A stretch of 58,132 nucleotides of DNA, the filler included, from Sphacelaria rigidula (taxonomy: Eukaryota): assembly GCA_964200075.2 (NCBI GenBank). It is 9 parts of 9 records of this genome, joined end to end, with 100 filler letters (N's around TTAATTAATTAA, not from the genome) between each part and the next. Parts side by side here need not be neighbours in the genome. Positions count along the whole stretch, not along the records: positions 45,293 to 51,662 come from CAXNAA020020485.1; positions 51,763 to 58,132 come from CAXNAA020020486.1; 7 more parts are not named here. One strand, 5' to 3'. Below are positions 50,072-58,132 of the stretch, in pieces (positions within the stretch are counted from its first letter, which is position 1; each line of letters opens with the position of its first letter). The notes under the pieces were generated by a model. It did no database searches, was not told the DNA's origin, and was given only the letters and a program-made list of their open reading frames with translations. The translations under genes were made by a program, and so were the position numbers.

Positions 50072-50402
50072 TCTCTCCGTCATTGTGCTCGGGGGTGTCG
50101 ACGGTTATCGGCGGCAAGGATGACGAAACAGTTGATAATGAGGCCGCAGGTGAGTGCGGTGCCGGCGATGCGGGTGGCTGCTCTGTCGGCGTTGTTGGTG
50201 TTGCAGGCGTTGTTAGTGTAGGCGCTGCTGCTGATGGTGTTACCGGCGCTGCTGCTGTCGGCGTGGACGGTGGTGTTGTCGGCGCTACCGACGACGGCGG
50301 TGTAGGCGGCGTCAAGCTCCGATCATCAATAGGATCTTGAATAGGTTTTTGTGAAATCGCCCCGCCCTCCCCGCCTCCGCAAGGTGACGGTGACGCCATT
50401 TC

Positions 50403-50438
<36 letters not shown>

Positions 50439-51440
50439 ACCCGGCGGGCGCGGCGGGGGGGCGGGCCGCCGCCCCCCCGCCCCGGCAGACAGGAACCTCC
50501 GCACGGCGATCCCCNNNNNNNNNNAATGGGTTTTGGGAAACCCCCCCCCCCCCCCCCCCCCCCCAAGGGGCGGGTGGCCCCATTTCCCCCCCCCCCCCCC
50601 CCCCCCGTCCCGCCGCCAACAGCGGGGTTTCTCGGTGTGGCGTCGCCTGCCCTCCCTTCGAAGTTGCGTAGCAATAACGGCACATGGCGGGAACCGCGTG
50701 GTGTAGCGCCCACGGGTGGGGTTTGCTCCACGGACTCGCTGCCGGTCGTCCCACATTCGACGTGGGCATTTCTCGCTCTGCCGGGCGTTGGGATCGCTTG
50801 TGCTGCGGTGTGTGTTGATCTTGGGATGAGTCGCCAGTGTCCTTTCCTCTCCGAGAATCCACGGCAGGGTCTCATCAAGTCGCGCAGCTCCACTCGGAGC
50901 TACTTAGCTGCCATACGCAGGAGGTCCTCGTTTGCGTGCGCGTGATGACAGTAAAAATCCTTGATATTAGTGCCTCGGGGGTTAGATTGTGCCTCCGGGG
51001 CAATCACAGTGCATACTGACGCATGCTTGTCATGACCTACCTAGTCGGTGGGCGTGCATCGTCAGGAGGTTAGGCTGAGTGGGTATGTTCATGGTGTTGC
51101 TTGACTTTGACTCAACCAAACAGCCGTCACGTGATCCAACGTAGGTGTGGCCTGCATTGGAAATCCTAGTCAGCGACAAAGCATGGTGACGGACGCCTGA
51201 TGCGTGGTCTACATTTTGACATGTAAAAATACACAACGCCTGTCAGCTCTGACGGTGAGAGTTGAGTTTCCTCTGCCCACGATCGGGTAAGTACCGCCGC
51301 CCGCACACCGCAGTACCCTACCCCTGCATTCTCGGTACTCCGTCATTTTACTAGAATCTGACGAAAATGTTGGGTTACTCCCGTGTCAAACACCCACGAT
51401 TCGCCACCATCTTGCTGCTTGACACCCCCGTCTCAACAAT

Positions 51441-51662
51441 AAACAGCCGATCATCGAAGTTGGGGATGGAGCTTTTCATCGAGGATGAGAACCCGAATGA
51501 TTGAAATCTGCGAACCCACACCAATTCTTCGAAATATGGTTCCATTCTTTCACCTACTGGTAGCTATTGACAACTGCTACACGCCCTACAAACTTCGATT
51601 TCGATAACAACAGCCGATCACCTATGTTGAGGATGGTGCTTTTCATTGAGGATGAGAGCCCG
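51441..51662. repeat. Diverged arm of the 45365 foldback family, repeated head-to-tail (167-bp period)
   Basis: AACAGCCGATCA....GTTG.GGATGG at 51442 and 51609; collinear with 45365-45525. Confidence 0.7.
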
Positions 51663-51827
51663 NNNNNNNNNNNNNNNNNNNNNNNNNNNNNNNNNNNNNN
51701 NNNNNNTTAATTAATTAANNNNNNNNNNNNNNNNNNNNNNNNNNNNNNNNNNNNNNNNNNNNGGGATGCGAGGTCAATGGTCTGATGACTATGGCAGGCA
51801 TGATCATGAGTACACCCCCCCCCCCCC

Positions 51828-52090
51828 GGCTCAAAGTGCAAACGCTGCGACCCGAAGTGATTGAGATCCTTCTATACGGGGGTGCAGGACACGGGCGTAC
51901 TTCTGTTTCTTGTGCCATGGCTTTGTTGATTGCCAGAGTCATGGAAAAGACGTCACAGAAATTAAAACAACCAAGAACAGTATCCAAAAGGGAGGCCTAA
52001 GTAGCCCTTGTCTACGAGGATGCGTCTGTATATCCAATTGTTTTGGCCAATCGAAAGTGAAATGGCAGGGCTGATTCCTCTAATGTTACG
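51828..52090 (+). pseudogene. Highly decayed RTE-clade LINE fragment (post-RT region)
   Basis: RLKVQTLRPEVIEILLYG resembles the RTE-type K.....V...LLYG motif; only this short motif supports the call. Confidence 0.5.
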
Positions 52091-52986
52091 GGAGAGGGAG
52101 GGGCGACGGCTACACAAGTGGAGAATTGTTCCCGTATGCTTCGAGTTCACGCATGTACACGGGTATGAAACCCATGCAGCAAACTGACGGACGGCTATCC
52201 GTGATGACTGTCACGAACACCCACGGCACACCAAATGGTCACGAATCTGATTGTCCCGGTGGTCGACAGCAGTTTCGAGCTGAATCAGGGGGTCCTTGTC
52301 GGTTTTTCGTTGTCGGCACACCCTGGACAATAGACGGTATATATTTCGATAGCAATAGAGTCTGCTGCAGTAGTGCCAATGTTGTCAGTAATGGCCATCG
52401 ACCGGCAAATTTATCTTTCGATAGACCAGTTTCCCACACTCTTGTCTGGGCAGCAGTCTGCTGTGGCCCCTTCCGAAATCTATTGCGGCCGACCAAATGC
52501 GTCGATCGATAGCTTTCCAAATCTATTGATGACGGCAATGGCTATCGATAGACCGCGTGCGAAATCTTTTGATGACGACCATGGCTATTGATAGATTGCG
52601 TATGAATCCATTCACGGCAGCAATGGATATCGATATATACATACCAGAATCACCTGTGGTATATTATGCCTACCGATAGATTTTCTCTGTCGTCTATTGC
52701 CACACCTACACCGTAACATACTACGTATAGAGCATATTATTATACTCCGTTACGGTACGGTAGAGAAGCCGCAGGTGGACATGCAGTGGGTATATAATGA
52801 TACTACTTGTGAATATATGACATCACGTTTCTACAATTTTGAAACGCTTATATTTTGTAGGAATCTGCAACATGTGTGGACAAAAGGTTACAACTTTTGT
52901 TGTTGGTGTGGTGTTGGTCTTTATGGTTGTCCCTCCGATGGACATGAGCGCTTACCGTACTTTTGTGTGTGTGGGTGAGATGTGCT

Positions 52987-54124
52987 TATACCCTGGACAA
53001 TAGGCTATATAATAGATCGTCGGCGCTGCATTAGCCCCGAAAATTTGACTGTCAATGTTTATTGTCAATCAAAATCGACTGGCATCAAAGTCTATCGATA
53101 GCTATTGTAGGAGACAAAAGATTCGGGACAAGGGACATAATGTATCATCGCCGTGACAATGGAGGAGCCCAGTTGTCTATCGATACGTTTTATTTGTTGC
53201 AATAGGCTCTGAATTGTGGCCACCAATGTTTACTGCTAATCACAATAGGATATACCGCACGCGGCCACCGATACATGTTGTTGGTCACAATAGGATCTAA
53301 ATTGCGCCCACCAATGGCTATTCAGGGTCACAATAGAATCTGAATCGCGGCCACCAATGTCTGCCGCTGCTTACAATGCAATTTGAATCGCGGCCACCAA
53401 TATCTATTGCTGACCACAAAAGTAGCCGAACGGCGTCGATCACTAGCGCTATGTGTATGCACATTTTTCGATGTATGCTTCCGCCTTATCCCACAGAAGC
53501 TACGGCCAGCTATCGCCTCAGGCCGTTGCGTGTTCATGTGTAAGGGGTATTGCCGTTGATGTCATGAGACCACTGCAGTGAGCACTCGTTTTCCCGAGAC
53601 CTATCGTTGGCGTCACTGTCGATAGGTGCTCCCGAGAGCAATCGATTGTTGACGGCAACGTCCATATTGGTAGATACCAAAAAATGCATTGTCGGCGGCA
53701 GAGGCTACCGATGGACGGCTGACCAAATCTATGAATGGCGGTAATAGGTATTGATGGATGACCTACTTAATCTATTGATGACGGCAATGACTATCGACGA
53801 ATGGCTCACCAAAGCTATTGATGACAGCAAGACTATCCATGGATGGCTTACCAAACCTATTGATGACGGCAATGGCTATCGATATTTACAACCCAGAATC
53901 TGACGATTGCAGTACACGATGTCCGTCGATGGCGAGTGATTCTTGTCTATTGTGTATTTGCCACAGGCTATCGATCGACTATTGCAACATATATTGTCCC
54001 TTGCGATCCATATCAATGGATGTGTTCCACCATCTATTGTGTTCGATAACATATATCGATATATTTTCCCCCGTGCCTATTGCTGAAGCAATCAAGTATT
54101 ATTGTGTCCATTGTCCAGAGTGTG
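52987..54124. mobile_element. TIR element with two opposed arrays of ~43-bp units; related partial copy 52317-52700
   Basis: ACCCTGGACAAT...ATTGTCCAGAGT; arrays at 53200-53420 and 53675-53885. Confidence 0.75.
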
Positions 54125-54999
54125 ATTGTCGGCGATATTCAACAGTTTCTCCGAGTACCACAGCTCATCCAAGTGGACGTTTGATCCCGAACTTGGAAGT
54201 CGGGAGATACAGGCATTCGGCCAACATTCTGAATCAACAGCCATCTCTGCGCTCAACATTGAACGACTCGCGGGCTGAAGTGACGAGGGTGTGCTATTGA
54301 CCGTGTTTTGGTACAAAACACTTTTTTTTCCGGCTCTAGCGCATTGAATAGGTGCACATGAAACATAAAGGCCTGTAAAATTAATATCAAGAGCCATCGG
54401 GAAGGGTTCACCCTCTCTGTTGCTCCGTCTCGAAAGGGGTATGTGGTCAATGGTCAAACAACTAAGGCAAGCAACAAATGAATACGCCCCCCTGTGCCAG
54501 GTTATTGATCCCTGTTTGCGCGCTTACGCTTTTTATGGTAACCATGATGGTGGTCGAGCTAGACCACACTGTACGGGTTGGAAGAGCCTTTGTTTCGCGC
54601 AAGGGGGATGATCATACTGCGTACGGTGTTATAGTGTTCACATGGCGAAACACCCGTGAGCAAGTGTGAAAGCTGTGACTGTCTCTGAAAGTGGCGGTAC
54701 CAGAAAATGAAGCAACTCATTGGAGGCTGTCATCCGAATGCAAGGTGGTCAGTACGCTTTGGGCCGAGCGATCTCAGCAGGATGCAGCTCACCCTCCATG
54801 CGATTCGCCGAACACATCACGGCGCAGATACTGGGAAAAGAAACAGAACGTGCTCAAGAAACAATCCTCGAATTGGTGTTGTCGGGGTGATGCAGACTAA
54901 GGACCTCGCTTACCAGGGGGTGTTATCGACCGTTGCTGGTCCAAAAACACTGTTTTTCGGCTCTACAGGCTGAGCCGCCCAAGACGCGGACAGGGATGT

Positions 55000-55298
55000 G
55001 AACACGCGGTTTAGCAGCTCAATTTCGGGTCGTTCTCCATGAATTTTCAACACGATGTACAGGACGTGTGTGCGAAGACTCCATCTTCTGCCCCCTACAT
55101 TGTTTCTTGTTTTTTGGGGAGTTATTCACGCTTTTGTTCCAGAATAAACTGCTCTGAGATGTTTGGTCGCCGATAAGTCACGGAGAAAAAACTAAAATGT
55201 GGGGGGCACAAGGTGGAGTCTTCGCACACACATCCTGTACATCGTGTCAAAATTCCATAGAAGACGACTCAAAGTTGAGCTGCTAAATCGTATGTTCG
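55000..55298. repeat. Foldback inverted repeat, arms ~100 bp
   Basis: GAACAC.CG.TTTAGCAGCTCAA...TTGAGCTGCTAAATCGTATGTTC. Confidence 0.85.
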
Positions 55299-55622
55299 GG
55301 TCGAAGACCGGTTTCTATGTGGAGATGGACCAGCCACGAAGAGATGAAACGCGGTTAAGCTTTTCAATTTCAAGTATTTTTCCACGAAATTCTGACACAA
55401 TGCGCATGCATGAGGTATGTCGTAAAGTCCCTATTGTCCCCCTTTTACATTTTATGGTCTTTTTCAATATGTTGTCGACGCTTTTGTACCAGGAACATTG
55501 TTCCGAAATGTAGGTCACGAATGACTCACGAGGAAAAAATGATAATAAAAAAGGGGGAAAAGATAGGAGCTCCACAAATATCTGATGTATATCGTGTCAA
55601 ATTTTCATGGAAAACGAGAGTG

Positions 55623-55797
55623 ATGCTACGGTAGGGGTACAGAAATAATTTCTGAGGTTAGAATTGTCAGGAGCCCCTTATCTCATCCAAAANNNNNNNN
55701 NNGGATGCCCTGGCCCATATTCTCGTGCGTCTAGAATCGTTAGGAGCCTCTGAACCAGACAAAATTTCGCGAATAAAGTGCACCCCTACCGTAGCAT
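55623..55797. repeat. Short TIR element spanning a 10-N gap
   Basis: ATGCTACGGTAGGGGT...ACCCCTACCGTAGCAT, 16-bp perfect inverted ends. Confidence 0.6.
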
Positions 55798-56311
55798 TGC
55801 TCCCGACTTGAGATTGGGCAGTGAAATCGCGTTTTAACAGCCAATAATCGCTTCACTTGCTTTTAAAGTACAATAACCTCAGCCGGAATTTTGACGTTTT
55901 CTACAAGCCCGACGCGCTGGGACGCTGGAGGTCTCGTCTGCGTGCCCATCTCAGGCCCTGCGCGCGTACAGTACGATATGCATTATTGTACAACCGCGAC
56001 TAGTGCAGCACCATCACTTTGCGGCCGCGGCACAAGGTAGCCGGAAATGAAATTTCAGCCGTTTTTTTCCCCCAAAATTTCGTCGCACATGCCACCCTCA
56101 ATTCTCCACACCTCGCAGCTGACTACAGTTTTGTATTTTGTTTGATGGGAACTTGTCAGATCGCAGTGGAACGTGAAGTGGAAGACGCGCCTTGATTTGC
56201 ATATTACCACGATGTGTCACAGTAGGCACAACTCGCGGTAGATCGTCAGTGAGAACCGGCTGAAGGGAAGTCCGCTTCTTCGGCAGCCCAGCCTGTAGCG
56301 CATTGCATTGA

Positions 56312-56787
56312 GGCCAAGTTTAATGGGAGCCGTTCAAAATTCCTCTTGAAAACTGCCTTTTGGGCCCTTCCCCGTCGATTTACGCCCGGAAAGGGGGGTA
56401 GGCGGATGTTGACGCCTTGGGATGACTTGCTCTACTCGTTGAGTCCGTTTCAGGGCAACTTTGCATTTCCCGCTGGCCGCATCTTTTGGTTTTGGCCAAA
56501 CCAGGTCAAACACGGATTTTCATTGAAACAAACGGTCAGGCGGTCAAAATTTTCCCGTGTTTTTTTTCATCTTTTGACTCTTTCTTCGACAAAAAACATG
56601 TTTGGTCGAAAATAAAAGTGCAGCCACCGGGAAATGCAAAGTTGCCCTGAAACGGACTCAACGAGTAGAGCAAGTCATTCCAAGGCGTCAATATCCGCCT
56701 CGCTCTCTCTCAGGCGTACAACGACGGAGCAGGGCCAAAAAAGCACTTTTCAACATTAAATTTGGACGGCTCCCATTAGAGTTGGTC
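56312..56787. mobile_element. PIF/Harbinger-type foldback MITE (476 bp)
   Basis: Inverted arms ~190 bp; TSD TGA/TGA. Confidence 0.88.
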
Positions 56788-58132
56788 TGAGTAGTAGAAA
56801 TTCATGCAAAAATTACTCGACAGTTGTTCATGAGAACGATCGGGATTGCTTCAATCGAGCGAAAATACCCAACGATCAGAACCTGGTACTGGGTAGACGA
56901 AAGACCCCCGAAAATGGCTCATCCCGTAAGTCGTTCAATATCTAGTGCAGAGACTGTGTCCGTTTCGGAGTGTGCAGTGGATGCCTGGTATCTCTCGATG
57001 CCCAGACTTTGGGATCAAGTGTTTACTGGGATGGGAGCGGTGCAGCGCGCGAAAAAATAATCGAAAATCGCCGACTACAAGACAAGAAGAAAAACAAAGT
57101 GCTTCAGCTCGAAAACTACTCCAGCAAGCACGCCCCGGAATCGCTTCGTATCATGTTCCAATCAAGGGCATCTTCCACGCCGTTCGCCTTCCATCTTCCA
57201 TTGGCACACCGGAATTTGTATTTCCTAGCTGGACCTGACTCCGCAAGGTTTGAGCTACAACCTTCAACCCAGAACAGTCGCGTTCACGCCAACGGAACAG
57301 GCTGGAGCACGTAAGGAGGGGAGTCAACTCGACCTGCTTCGTACTACTATTATCCAGTACCGATTGCTGCGGGAGTCAACATGCACACGTAGCTGCAGAC
57401 AGGAGCCTTCACGTGCCTGTGCTTACAACTTCAGCCACCTGCTCTTACATACATGACCTTGATGCAGCTCTCGTGCGCCATACTCTCGAAGGTACCATGA
57501 TGACCGAACATACCGTTCTTTTCGAGGCCTCAGAAACCTCCGTGCTCGCTGAGGGTACACGAAACAAAAAAATATCTACACCTTTGTATACACTTCACTT
57601 ATTCTGATTTTGCACGGGAAGCAGGGTAGACCACCATCCCCGCAAACGCTATACCAATTCCTAGATAGCAAAAAAAGCCGATGTCGGAAGGAGGGCACCC
57701 TCACTGGTGACGGGGGGTAGCATACGATCCACGTGTCCCTCCGATACGTACATGTAGAAAAAATATGGTTATGAAATAAAATGAAAATAAACAACATGAT
57801 GATCGATAGCAAGGTCCTACGGATCATGCATTATGTCAAACCAACCCGAGAGATGGGCCAGTCGGTCAAGAGTTCCTGTTGGCGGTTCAACAGTTGCACA
57901 CCATAATCCATGGTGTCTCATCATGCACCTTTACACGGTCAGCCTACTGCTTTTTCTCGTTACTACCGCCATTCAACATGTTTCTTGGCGGTCGATCCTT
58001 TGAGTGTCGAACCCTTGTAACCGTATTGATGCTACACGAACCGGGCCAGCCTTCGAAGGGAAATTGATCTGCCACAGCCATACGTCATCGACGCGTACGA
58101 ATTTGGGACTTCATCTCCACATCGGATTCATT

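Larger units (their letters stand above)
47159..51420 (-). mobile_element. Decayed Ty1/Copia retrotransposon, integrase core missing; candidate 3' LTR 47159-47509
   Basis: WVFDTGVTQH (protease, ~51380); HAHANEDLL...PCRG (pre-integrase, ~50900); KARLVARGF, FDVTQAF, SIYGIKQA, HTDD (RT, ~48400-49200); YCDADYA, AEYVAM, KHIDVR (RNase H, ~47780-48250); TGTTGGA...TCTAACA. Confidence 0.9.

Noticed and set aside
53200..53885. CRISPR-like regularly spaced repeats
   Set aside because: Whole 43-bp units are degenerate copies of each other, with no unique spacers, no cas genes and a eukaryotic transposon context
56824..57607. Plus-strand gene exons at the end of the window
   Set aside because: Some AG/GT-bounded open stretches exist, but no consistent model or recognisable product

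Overview
This is not one locus. It is nine unlinked scaffolds of 6370-6371 bp joined by eight identical synthetic 100-bp linkers (44N-TTAATTAATTAA-44N). The DNA is eukaryotic, intron- and transposon-rich with many G/C homopolymers; a stramenopile, probably a brown alga, is inferred but not proven. Retroelements: two decayed chromodomain-bearing Ty3/Gypsy elements, a decayed Ty1/Copia lacking its integrase core, a young 4.2-kb non-coding LTR element (LARD-like, ~98% identical LTRs, 5-bp TSD), six copies of a tRNA-headed SINE and an RTE-like LINE scrap. DNA elements: many hAT-, Harbinger- and Tc1/mariner-type MITEs or foldbacks, several nested. Host genes are fragmentary: three 3' exons of an ASCH (ASC-1/TRIP4-like) domain gene and two 3' exons of a single-pass membrane protein. 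I found no CRISPR, rRNA or true tRNA gene and no clear new multi-gene system. The best leads are a Gypsy integrase tail with a chromodomain plus a second Tudor/PWWP-like module, a ~315-bp repeat that abuts poly-C tracts, the LARD with no tRNA primer site, and a 61-bp TG..CA micro-element with a 4-bp TSD.
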